Shown here in pieces: positions 11,831-21,339 of a DNA stretch of 64,000 nt. Source of the stretch: Planktothrix sp. GU0601_MAG3 (GTDB lineage: Bacteria > Cyanobacteriota > Cyanobacteriia > Cyanobacteriales > Microcoleaceae); contig CP136572.1 in assembly GCA_035193785.1 (NCBI GenBank), forward strand, positions 928,001 to 992,000, given 5' to 3'. Made by a program: the position numbers and the translations under genes. The notes beneath the pieces were generated by a model. The model was not told the DNA's origin. It ran no database searches and was given only the letters and a program-made list of their open reading frames with translations. Position 1 is the first letter of the stretch. Every line of letters starts with the position of its first letter.

Positions 11831-12554
11831 TCAAAATTCAGTGGTTAGGCATCGGATAATATCGATCACTGGAATATCAAACTGATGGATATTTAACAAT
11901 AAACTACTCAAAATTGCCCAAGTTATTCCCAGGAGCCAACCCCCTAAAATATCACTGGGAAAATGAACTCCTAAATACAGTCTTGTCCAAGCAATTACTA
12001 GGGCAAATAATCCCCCCCAACCTATCACAAGCCATCGCCATTTTGTCTTCCAAGTCAGAATAACTAAACTTATTACAAAAGTCATACTTAATAAAGCGTG
12101 ACCACTGGGGAAGGAAAAATCTCCAGGTAGGGGATAGGAGGATTCAAACAAACTAGGTCGCATCCGATGGAATAAAATTTTAGTGGATATACTGATAATG
12201 CCACCACCTAAAATAGTTAACACTAAATATAAGAGCGATCGCCATTTTTTGTGATATCCTAAAGTTAAAATAACTGGAATTACCAGTAAGGAAATTCTAG
12301 GAAATATACCAATAGAAGTTAAAAGGATAGCTAGGGGTTTCAAGTTGGGAGTACCGGGTGGAATAAATGCCAGATAAAATCGACAGATCCCAAGGTAAAC
12401 CACTGGGACTTTCCCACACTTTTAAAGCTAGAATAGCAAACAGGAGTAAGGGTAAATAAATGCCTAATATTAGAAACCGCCAATGCCGGATAAACAACTT
12501 TTGTACAGAATTACATTCCCAAAATGACGGTTTATTTGGAGTCAAATCAGACAT
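11831..12554 (-). CDS. PAP2 family phosphatase; apparent +1 frameshift at ~12338
   Basis: K..F.R.RP, SFPSGH, RLYLGVHFPSD motifs. Confidence 0.88.
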
Positions 12555-12585
12555 GATATTTCCTTAAAATTCATAGATTTATAGT

Positions 12586-12942
12586 TTAATGAGGTAACAG
12601 CGAAAGGTCAATTAAATTAGACTGAAATAATGCTACCATAACCAGAGTAAAAGCCGTTGATGAAAACACACCCATTGCTAAATCTTTCTTGATATTTCGT
12701 TCCGGGGCGGAAGATTCAACGACATTCATGGCTCCATATTGCATGAGTAAAATTCCCACTAAATTAGAGAGCCAATATCCGAAAATAGAACTTGGTAAAA
12801 ATAAGTCTTGAGACAATTTACTAAAAATAAATCCAAACCCATAAGCAATTGGTAAGTTAAAAATTAAATCATTCCACCAGCACAACGGAGACATCATAAA
12901 ACCGAGAAAAACTAAGATTCCGCCAATCATTTTTTTAGACAT
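12586..12942 (-). CDS. hypothetical membrane protein
   Basis: 3-4 hydrophobic segments, SPLCWWND; GAGG RBS upstream. Confidence 0.7.
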   Translation of the reverse strand: MSKKMIGGILVFLGFMMSPLCWWNDLIFNLPIAYGFGFIFSKLSQDLFLPSSIFGYWLSNLVGILLMQYGAMNVVESSAPERNIKKDLAMGVFSSTAFTLVMVALFQSNLIDLSLLPH

Positions 12943-13353
12943 AAATACCTCTATTGTTTATAGGTTTAACTCAGTTGATCTCAATTTTGATCAATCAAAA
13001 GTAATCTGAAACAGCCCAAAAATTCGGCTTCTGGCCGTTGCCTGGGGGATAAAATTGATTTCTGCATAGATTGTACATGAATCTTGTGCGAATTTCAATA
13101 CATTTAAAATTAAATTATTTTCCAAACTCCTAAGTTGGCCCGATCAGGATGCCTCGCAGCGCACAAGACCAAAGACCGGGTTTCTGGCCCTGATTTTGCG
13201 GATGAAATCGGTGATTTCTCGTTCAGAAACCCGGTTTCTGCGTAAGTCCTATTTAATCTCCAGTTGGCCACTATACAGCTTTTCTTGGAGATCGGGACTG
13301 TCTAAAATGGCCCGATTTTCTCAAGCTCGTTTTTCTCGATTAATTATCGCTTC

Positions 13354-13545
13354 CTAAATCGCCCCATTTTTTTGAGCGGTGAGGATGAGGCGATCGCCTG
13401 CTAGACTTTTATAACTTAATTGCCCTGAATTTTTCCCATCTTGATCGACAATTTCGGTTTGATCTAATCCCGTTTCCAAACGACAGCCAGAAGTAAAAAT
13501 CAAGACAGTTGTTAACCCAATCATAATTTTAAGATTTGTGTTCAT
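13354..13545 (-). CDS. small putative lipoprotein (possibly truncated)
   Basis: Hydrophobic signal ending in lipobox-like TSG-C. Confidence 0.4.
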   Translation of the reverse strand: MNTNLKIMIGLTTVLIFTSGCRLETGLDQTEIVDQDGKNSGQLSYKSLAGDRLILTAQKNGAI

Positions 13546-13654
13546 GATCTTCTCAACTGTTGAGATAGGGGATAAATTTTTGCAGAGATGCTGAGTTATA
13601 ACTGGGAACATTTAGGATAAAATGGGAAACGCAGTCAATCGGAGGATTTGTTAG

Positions 13655-14473
13655 ATGGGATATGCAATCGATGTTGATCAATTTAACTTTGAGCAAGAGA
13701 TTATCAAGGTTTCCTATGAAAAACCTGTATTGGTAGACTTTTACGCGACTTGGTGTGGCCCTTGCCAAATTTTAAAACCAATCTTAGAAAAGTTGGTGAA
13801 AGAATACGATTTTATTTTAGCAAAAATTGATATTGATCAAAATCCTGAATTAGCCAATCAATATCAAGTGGAAGGTGTACCGGATGTCAGAATTGTTGAA
13901 CAAGGGGAAGTGCGTCCGGGTTTTGTGGGTGCTTTAACGGAAATCAAAATTCGGCAAACCCTGGGTCAAATGAATTTAAAATCTGATTTTGAACGGAGTT
14001 TAGAAGCGTTAAAAAATGCAATTACTGAGCAACAATTTCCCCAGGCTAAAGAATTACTAGATCAGCTATTTTCTGTCTATCCAGATCGACCGGAGGTGGT
14101 GTTAGAAGCGGGTAATTTTTTAATTGTGTTAAACCAATTTGAAAATGCCGAAAAACTGTTAAATACAATTCCAGAAGATCAGCGAGAATTTTTCCAGAAA
14201 GCTCAGGCGTTGAAACAATTAATTCAATTTAAAAAAGATGCTACCCCCGATGGAGATAGCGAATTAGAACAGAATTATGCTAAAGCCTGTCAATTCACGT
14301 TAGCTCAGGATTACCCCGCAGCCCTATCTTTATTTTTAGGGATTGTGTCAACCCATCGCAAATTTAAAGAAGACGCTGCTAAAAAAGCGATGTTAACTAT
14401 TTTCAATTTACTGGGAGACGAACATCCTTTAACCCAGGAATATCGCAAAAAATTAATGCTAGAATTGTATTAG
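13655..14473 (+). CDS. thioredoxin-TPR chaperedoxin (YbbN/CnoX-like)
   Basis: WCGPC thioredoxin domain plus TPR helices, C-terminal YRKKL. Confidence 0.9.
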   Translation: MGYAIDVDQFNFEQEIIKVSYEKPVLVDFYATWCGPCQILKPILEKLVKEYDFILAKIDIDQNPELANQYQVEGVPDVRIVEQGEVRPGFVGALTEIKIRQTLGQMNLKSDFERSLEALKNAITEQQFPQAKELLDQLFSVYPDRPEVVLEAGNFLIVLNQFENAEKLLNTIPEDQREFFQKAQALKQLIQFKKDATPDGDSELEQNYAKACQFTLAQDYPAALSLFLGIVSTHRKFKEDAAKKAMLTIFNLLGDEHPLTQEYRKKLMLELY

Positions 14474-14581
14474 GGAGAAGGGCATAGGGAATGGGGGAAA
14501 GGACTTTTTGTTATAATTTAAAATGGAATCGACAATTTAACGGCTTTTCCATTAATTATTTTCTATAAAAATTAATACATT

Positions 14582-15101
14582 ATGACCAATGCTTCACTGA
14601 TTTTAGGGGAATTAAATGATCGGGATATAGACTGGATGGTGACGGAAGGTAAGCGAGAAACCATTAAGGCTGGCGCTGTTTCTGATTGCAGAAAATCAAC
14701 CCCTAGATGCCTTATATATTGTGTTAAGTGGAACCCTAAATGTTTCTGTAGCTGCATTGGGGAATCAAATTGTGGGAAAAATTGGCGGGGGTGAGGTATT
14801 AGGAGAAATGTCTTTTATTGATGAACGTTTACCTTCTGCTACGGTACAAGCGGCGGAGGATTGTTGTGTATTATCTATTTCTCGACCTCTGTTGTCTCAA
14901 AAATTAGACGAAGATGTTTTATTTTCTTTGAGATTTTATCGTGCTATTACTAAGTTTTTATCCTCTCGTTTGCGATCAACAGTGAACAATCTTGGCTGTG
15001 ATGAAAATGCTAATCTATTGCCTGATAAACCACCTCAAAATGTTGTTCAAACTGAGCAAGATTATCGTTTGGATTGGATTATGCAGCGTTTAAGTGGATA
15101 A
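14582..15101 (+). CDS. cyclic nucleotide-binding domain protein; apparent +1 frameshift at ~14678
   Basis: GEVLGEMSF...PSATV cNMP motif; frames join at GTTC. Confidence 0.85.
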
Positions 15102-15177
15102 TAAACGGATAATATAAATAACTCGATATTTTATGTAAATTTCAATATTTATTATCTTAAAATAAGGATAAAAGCCA

Positions 15178-16069
15178 ATGATTTTAGGTAACAAAAAAGG
15201 TATAATTTTTTTATCGGTAGTCTTAAATTTAGTCGGTTTTAGTGTAGCAAATTTAGGGATAAATTCTGCCATTAATCCTGTTATCCTAGCGGCTCAACCT
15301 GAAAATCCGGTGGCTAAACAATTAGTGGGAAAATGGCAAGTTCCTACTAATCTTTACTCCGGTATTATTTTTACTGAGGATGGCAAAGTTTATATATTTG
15401 TAACACCCATCGAAGCTATACAATTACAATACACGATTGATCCAACTTTTAAACCTGGATTTGTGCTGTTTCGTGATGCTCAAGGAAAAATTGTCGGAAA
15501 CTGCAATTTTTGAATTACAAGAAGATGGACAACTTCAGTTATACTTAAATATTAGTGGGGATGAACAACCTGCGATTACAACGTTTAAATCACAACCTTT
15601 GCTGTTTAAAAAAACATCTGAAGATCCGAGAATTGCCACTTCAGTTACTATTAGAACGCCAACGGCAGCAGAATTGAAAGAACAAGCTGATCAAGATGCA
15701 CAATTAGAAGCAAAACAATATATTGAGATTATGAATCGAGGCAACCAAGCCAGTTATACTAAGTATAATCTTTTTAGAACTAATTTAGAAGAATTTATTA
15801 AAGGTATTCCCGAAGAAACTCGAAATTATCTCTACAATATTAGAGTTGTTGATGAAAAAAATATGGTTCAATCGGTTGCTATGGCTAAACGGGACGGATT
15901 AAAAAGCTATATTGGAGTGGTTTTTCTTGAACCTTCACCCATTAGTAATATCAACACAAAATCGATTATTTGTGAGAGTGATCAACCGACCCAAAAAGTT
16001 CCTTCTCAACCCGTATTATTCAGCAATCAAGCAGTTAATTGTCCGGCGGGATATGCGATAGCAAAGTAG
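15178..16069 (+). CDS. type IV pilin-like G/H domain secreted protein; apparent +1 frameshift at ~15498
   Basis: Signal peptide; EAKQYI..MNR.NQA.Y, NY.Y.I, GLKSY.G.V, ICES...CP.G motifs. Confidence 0.75.
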
Positions 16070-16145
16070 GAGTGATTTTCCCAACACTCCCATTAAAAAA
16101 TAAATAATATGAAATACTTAAATGTTTGCTACGCATCCTTATTGT

Positions 16146-16173
16146 GTAGAGACGCGCCATGGCACGTCTCTAC
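16146..16173. repeat. REP-like palindrome GTAGAGACGCGCCATGGCACGTCTCTAC
   Basis: GTAG-initiated imperfect palindrome. Confidence 0.8.
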
Positions 16174-16283
16174 GTTAGGGAAATTATGTATAGCGCTACG
16201 CATTACAGTTAGGATAGTTCTAAATCTTGAAACTAAATTCACTGCTTACTGTTGCGCTGTAACAATCTTGGCGGTTACTCTAA

Positions 16284-16550
16284 CAGGACTTACGCAAAAC
16301 AACCATATCTAGTAGGGGCGAAACGGCTGTCATCGGTGTCAACTTAAGTCTAAAAGCCTTGAAATAAATTTCAGGCTCAAAGCTAAAACCCGTTAAAACG
16401 GGTTAATGAAGCATGATCTTAGTCATCTTTAGATGACTTCAGCTTTTAGCCCGAACTTTAGTTCAGGGCTAACGTGGGTTAAGTTGACACCAATGAACGG
16501 CCGTTCGCCCCTACAGATGGTGTATAATTGGGTATTCTGCGTAAGTCCTG
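16284..16550. mobile_element. MITE with 13-bp TIRs (CAGGACTTACGCA) and 5-bp TSD TCTAA, containing a REP and a second MITE
   Basis: TIRs at 16284-16296 and 16538-16550; TCTAA at 16279-16283 and 16551-16555. Confidence 0.85.
16331..16495. mobile_element. inner MITE with 17-bp TIRs and 9-bp TSD AACGGC(T/C)GT
   Basis: CATCGGTGTCAACTTAA / TTAAGTTGACACCAATG; duplicated flanks at 16322-16330 and 16496-16504. Confidence 0.85.
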
Positions 16551-16606
16551 TCTAATAGGCTAGAGGAAATTTAAAACAGCCTATCACTGAATTAATCCGC
16601 AGTATT

Positions 16607-17611
16607 TCAAGATGCCGTAATTTCATGTTTCAAAGGATTTCCCTGCTCAAAATCGGAAAGATTAGTAATGGTGGTACGCGCAATATCATCTAAAGCATTT
16701 TCAGTAAAAAAGCCTTGATGGGCGGTAATCACAACATTTGGAAAAGATTGCAGTAATTGAAAGGTATCATCTTGAATAATTGTAGTGGAAAGATCCTCAA
16801 AGAAAAGTTTGTCTTCTTCTTCATAAACATCAATACCCACATAACCAATTTTCTCCGATTTAATCCCTTCAATCACTGCTTTTGTATCCACCAATTTTCC
16901 CCGACTGGTATTAATTAACATTACCCCGGATTTCATTTGGGCAATGGTTTCATGATTAATCAGGTGGTGAGTTTCAGGAAATAGGGGACAGTGGAGAGAA
17001 ATAATATCTGCACGTTGCCAAAGTTCCTCTAAAGAAACATATTTAGCATTTTCTAGTTTCTCAAAATTGGGATTAGGATAAACGTCGTATCCCAAAAGAT
17101 TACAACCAAATCCCGCCATAATTTGGGCAAAAATCTGTCCAATTTTTCCCGTACCCACCACCCCAACGGTGCGATTATGGAGGTCAAAACCTAACAATCC
17201 ATCTAAGGCAAAATTATCATCCCGAACCCGATTATAAGCCCGGTATAATTTACGATTGAGCATCATAATTAATCCTACGGCGTGTTCCGCAACAGCATAG
17301 GGAGAATACTCCGTTACTCTTACCACTTTAATCCCTAATTTAGCCGCGGTTTTGAGATTCACATTATTAAATCCCGTACAACGAAGGGCGATTAACTTTG
17401 TACCTTGAGCCGATAAAATCCCCAGGGTTTCTGTTCCTAAATCATCATTTACAAACACACATACCGCCGGAAATCCAGCCGCTAGTGATGTAGTTTGGGG
17501 TTGCAAACGAGCATCAAAGAAAACAAATTCATGATGGGCTTGGGAGGCTTGATTTTCCATCTCAAGAAATTGACGATCATAAGACTTGGTACTAAAAACA
17601 GCAACTTTCAT
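16607..17611 (-). CDS. ldhA: D-lactate dehydrogenase (D-2-hydroxyacid dehydrogenase)
   Basis: MKVAVFSTKSYD, YSPYAVAEH, GTGKIG, NTSRG, DVYEEE, TAHQGF. Confidence 0.9.
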   Translation of the reverse strand: MKVAVFSTKSYDRQFLEMENQASQAHHEFVFFDARLQPQTTSLAAGFPAVCVFVNDDLGTETLGILSAQGTKLIALRCTGFNNVNLKTAAKLGIKVVRVTEYSPYAVAEHAVGLIMMLNRKLYRAYNRVRDDNFALDGLLGFDLHNRTVGVVGTGKIGQIFAQIMAGFGCNLLGYDVYPNPNFEKLENAKYVSLEELWQRADIISLHCPLFPETHHLINHETIAQMKSGVMLINTSRGKLVDTKAVIEGIKSEKIGYVGIDVYEEEDKLFFEDLSTTIIQDDTFQLLQSFPNVVITAHQGFFTENALDDIARTTITNLSDFEQGNPLKHEITAS

Positions 17612-17698
17612 CGGTAGGTCGTTAAACGTTACAATACCTTGATAGAATAGCAGAATAATTCAGATTAGCAGTAGAATTACTTCCTAACAACAGTTAAA

Positions 17699-19441
17699 TT
17701 AGAGATGCTTCCAAACCTTCACTTGTCCATCCCATCCTCCACTAACTAAGGTTTTACCATCGGGACTAATCCCAACAGCATTCACATAACCGGAATGACC
17801 TCTTAAATTTCCTTTTAATTGACCTGTGGCTAAATCCCAAAGTTTCACGGTTTTATCCCAACTTCCACTAATTAATGTTTTCCCATCGCTGGTAATTACG
17901 ATTGACCAAACGCCATCAGTATGACCACTTAACCGACGAATTGGTTGACCTGTTTTTAATTTCCATAACCCAATAGTTCCATCGGCGCTGCTACTAGCTA
18001 AAGTCTCCCCATCGGGACTAATTGCTAGGGATAAAACCGATAATTCATGACCTTTTAAGGTACGGATTAATTCTCCGGTTTCCACATTCCATAATTTGAT
18101 ACTACTGTCTTTACTTCCACTGGCTAAAATTTTACCATCGGGACTAAATGCGATCGCCCCAACTAACTGTTCATGTCCGATAAAAGTTTTCAAAAGTTGA
18201 CCTGTTTGCAGATTCCAAATTTTAATAGTTTTGTCCCAACTTCCACTGGCAATCATTTTACCATCGGGACTTAATTTAACTACTAAAACAGGATTATTAT
18301 GGGCTTGAATAGTTTGAACTAAAGGCAAAGTTTGAGATGTCAAACCAGTAGCCAAATCCCAAACTTTAATCACGCCATCTTCCCCGGCTGTAACTAAATA
18401 TTTATTATCTGAACTGAGGCTAATTCCATTAATTGCTCCTTGATGGGCACTCAATGTTCGAGTGAGTCCACTGGTGGTCATATTCCAAACGGAAAGATTG
18501 CCGTTACTATTGCCAACAATAGTATAAGGAAATGCTAAAGCGATCGATAATATTTCTCCTGATTTTTCCGTTAAAGTTGTGGCTAAAGTAAAGGAATTAG
18601 TAACCGCAGCCATTGTATTAGGGGGCTTTGAGGGAGAATCAGAAGCATTAATATCGGGATTATTGGTAATCGGAGCCGAAGGATTAGGTGAGGTAGGAAT
18701 TGAAGATAATGTTGCCGTTTTTCGCCAATTAAAAAAATAATTAATTGGGATGCCCGCAGAAACAATTTTATCAGAATTATTGCCTAATTGGACAATTCCA
18801 TTGACTCCAATCACCTTTCCTTCCCCATCTAAAATAGGGCCGCCACTCATCCCACTTCTGACTAAGTTAGTGTAAACTAAACTATATCCAAACCGAGGTG
18901 GTTGACGCTGGCTCAAGGTGCCACTGGTACTTAAAAATAGTCTCTGTCCGAGGGAACTTCCAGAACGGGGCCATCCAGCTACATATAAAGGATTTCCCGG
19001 TTGAATTTGACCAGCATCGGATGGAATTGCAACTCGATATCGTTGGGAACTACTAAAGGGAACTAGGGCTAAATCTAAGTTAGGAAGTTGTTGAATTAAA
19101 CTATAATAAACAAAGTGACGTTTACCATCGGGGGTGACAACTTCATAGTCTCCCACCCGATCAACGACGTGCCAATTAGTTAAAACATAATAGGTATTTC
19201 CTTGTTTTTCCACAATAAATCCCGAGCCACCTTTTGGCCCATCAATTCTAACGGTAATTTCTCCAGCAATGGTATTAATTTGTTCGGGAGATAGGGGAAC
19301 TTTTTGGGCAATTTGTAAGGGGAAAGAGGACAACTGTGGTAAAATTGGGACGGGAATAGTTAGGAAAGGAATAGTTAGAGCGATCGCCCCTAAATTTTTA
19401 GGAAAAATTTTCAATAATTGATAAATTAAATTTAGATTCAT
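17699..19441 (-). CDS. trypsin-like serine protease fused to WD40 propeller
   Basis: GSGF, TNWHVV, DLAL, GMSGGP triad; Pro-rich linker; ~7 GH...WD repeats. Confidence 0.9.
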   Translation of the reverse strand: MNLNLIYQLLKIFPKNLGAIALTIPFLTIPVPILPQLSSFPLQIAQKVPLSPEQINTIAGEITVRIDGPKGGSGFIVEKQGNTYYVLTNWHVVDRVGDYEVVTPDGKRHFVYYSLIQQLPNLDLALVPFSSSQRYRVAIPSDAGQIQPGNPLYVAGWPRSGSSLGQRLFLSTSGTLSQRQPPRFGYSLVYTNLVRSGMSGGPILDGEGKVIGVNGIVQLGNNSDKIVSAGIPINYFFNWRKTATLSSIPTSPNPSAPITNNPDINASDSPSKPPNTMAAVTNSFTLATTLTEKSGEILSIALAFPYTIVGNSNGNLSVWNMTTSGLTRTLSAHQGAINGISLSSDNKYLVTAGEDGVIKVWDLATGLTSQTLPLVQTIQAHNNPVLVVKLSPDGKMIASGSWDKTIKIWNLQTGQLLKTFIGHEQLVGAIAFSPDGKILASGSKDSSIKLWNVETGELIRTLKGHELSVLSLAISPDGETLASSSADGTIGLWKLKTGQPIRRLSGHTDGVWSIVITSDGKTLISGSWDKTVKLWDLATGQLKGNLRGHSGYVNAVGISPDGKTLVSGGWDGQVKVWKHL

Positions 19442-19475
19442 AGTTAAGTTAAATTAATGTTTTTTGCGGAAATAG

Positions 19476-19517
19476 GTAATTCGTAATTCGTAATTCGTAA
19501 TTCGTAATTCATAATTA
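19476..19517. repeat. STRR heptamer (GTAATTC) x5 plus one variant
   Basis: Tandem heptamers read directly. Confidence 0.9.
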
Positions 19518-20690
19518 CCCATTTTCATCCACCTTAACTAAAGGTAAACGAATAATAAAAGTCGTGCCAATTCCCATTTGACTATCAACCCAAATCTTTC
19601 CTCCATGGGCATCCACGCAATGTTTAACAATCGCTAATCCTAAGCCTGTACCGGGGATAGAACCAACATTTTTGGCACGGTGGAAGGGTTCAAAGAGTTG
19701 GGGAAGGGAATCGGAAGGAATACCAATCCCCTGATCTTGAATACAAAAGCCAATCATTTGATCTTGCACGATCACATCAAATTGCACACTTTCAGATTCA
19801 GGAGAATATTTAATCGCATTTTCTAATAAATTAATCAGAATTCTTCTTAATAAATTTGAATCAATTATCACCTCTTTGAGAGTTAACTTAAAATTTAGAT
19901 TAATTTGAGATTTTCCTCCATACCCTAATTGTATTTCATCAACCAGTTGGCGACAAAATACCTCTAAATTAATCGGACTGGGTTGATATTGTAGTTGACC
20001 AGAATCCGCCTCCCCAATTAATAGAACTTCATCGAGTAATTGAGCCATATTTTTACTCGCTGATCGTATCCGTTGAAACAAAGTAACTTTTTTCTCCTGG
20101 GATAATTTTTGTTCATGCTCTTGGAGTAATACCGCCGAGGCTAAAATAGTATTCAAAGGATTTCTAATATCATGGGAAATCATCGAAACAAATTCCGAGC
20201 GGAGTTGATTTTGTTCCTTAGCTTTGAGCAATTCTTGCGTCCGTTCTTGCACTCTCATTTCCAAGGATTGATTCATGGCTTTTAAATTTTCTAAGTTATG
20301 TTTCCGTTCAATTGCATACTTGAGAGAACGGACTAAAATATTACCATCAACCTCTCTTTTAACTAAATAATCCTGGGCTCCCTGACGCACCGCCATAATT
20401 GCTAACTGATCATCATTTGTATTGGTTAAAACCACAATGGGTAAACTGGGAAACTTCTCAATTAACCGCTCTACAGATTCTAAACCTTGACTATCGGGTA
20501 GGGTTAAATCTAATAAAGCCACATCAAAAACATGATCATGTAATTGATTCAGAGCTTCCCCTAAACGTTTAACATGAACTAAACTGAAAGGTTGAAAATT
20601 AGAATCCTTGAGTAATTCTTGTAAAAATATAGCTTCAGCGAGGCTATCTTCAATTAACAAGATTTTCACTGAACTAGCAGACATCATCAT
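19515..20690 (-). CDS. hybrid sensor histidine kinase (REC-HisKA-HATPase)
   Basis: LLIEDS..LLDLTLPD receiver; SHDIRNPL H-box; NAIKY, DQGIG, GTGLGL; start uncertain (ORF open to 20861). Confidence 0.9.
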   Translation of the reverse strand: MMMSASSVKILLIEDSLAEAIFLQELLKDSNFQPFSLVHVKRLGEALNQLHDHVFDVALLDLTLPDSQGLESVERLIEKFPSLPIVVLTNTNDDQLAIMAVRQGAQDYLVKREVDGNILVRSLKYAIERKHNLENLKAMNQSLEMRVQERTQELLKAKEQNQLRSEFVSMISHDIRNPLNTILASAVLLQEHEQKLSQEKKVTLFQRIRSASKNMAQLLDEVLLIGEADSGQLQYQPSPINLEVFCRQLVDEIQLGYGGKSQINLNFKLTLKEVIIDSNLLRRILINLLENAIKYSPESESVQFDVIVQDQMIGFCIQDQGIGIPSDSLPQLFEPFHRAKNVGSIPGTGLGLAIVKHCVDAHGGKIWVDSQMGIGTTFIIRLPLVKVDENG

Positions 20691-20892
20691 TGAATTGCTT
20701 ATTTTCCTTTCCGATGAAGAAAAATCGGCAGAATAAAAAATCTGAGGACTCGGACTCAGGGAAGATTCAGGATAGGAGGATAAACCTTTTTCTTCCTCGG
20801 GAGATGAACACCGAGTCTCTGTTTTTTTTTCCGTGCTTTGATGACTGCAAACTTTCCTCATTATTTATTCTTATCCTTCTCTAAAATAGAGT

Positions 20893-21339
20893 TTAATCGC
20901 ACGGTAAGGTCACGGTTTTTAGCCAAAATTCTTCAATTCCTCGGACAATTGTAAACAGTTGGCTTAAATTTCGGGATTTCGTAATATAACAATTAACATG
21001 GAGGTCATAGCTATGATGAATATCCTCTTGATTATGGGAAGTTGTCAGTATAACAACAGGAATTCGTTTTAAGCTCGGATCACTTTTAATTTCCGCTAAT
21101 ACCTCCCGTCCATCCTTTCGAGGCAAGTTTAAATCCAGAAGGATTAAATCAGGGCGCGGGGCATTTTCATACTCTCCCTCTTGGCGCAGAAATGCCATAG
21201 CATCAACTCCATTGCTAACGGTCATCACTTCATGGGAGATGGGGCTATTTTTTAAGGCTTCTTGAATCAGACGGATATCGGCTTTGTTATCCTCAACCAG
21301 AAAGATCATTTTAGATTTTTCTTCCATTTCGGCGCTCAC
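20893..21339 (-). CDS. rcp1: phytochrome-associated response regulator Rcp1
   Basis: [28 protein letters not shown]; directly downstream of phytochrome. Confidence 0.88.
   Translation of the reverse strand: MSAEMEEKSKMIFLVEDNKADIRLIQEALKNSPISHEVMTVSNGVDAMAFLRQEGEYENAPRPDLILLDLNLPRKDGREVLAEIKSDPSLKRIPVVILTTSHNQEDIHHSYDLHVNCYITKSRNLSQLFTIVRGIEEFWLKTVTLPCD

Noticed and set aside
12960..13100. Riboswitch in the leader of the membrane-protein gene (also considered 8430-8660 and the gifA-like leader)
   Set aside because: Hairpins present but no recognisable glnA, ydaO, yybP, fluoride or guanidine consensus; an Rfam scan would be needed
16109..16312. 67-aa ORF
   Set aside because: Translation of REP/MITE sequence (CRDAPWHVST)
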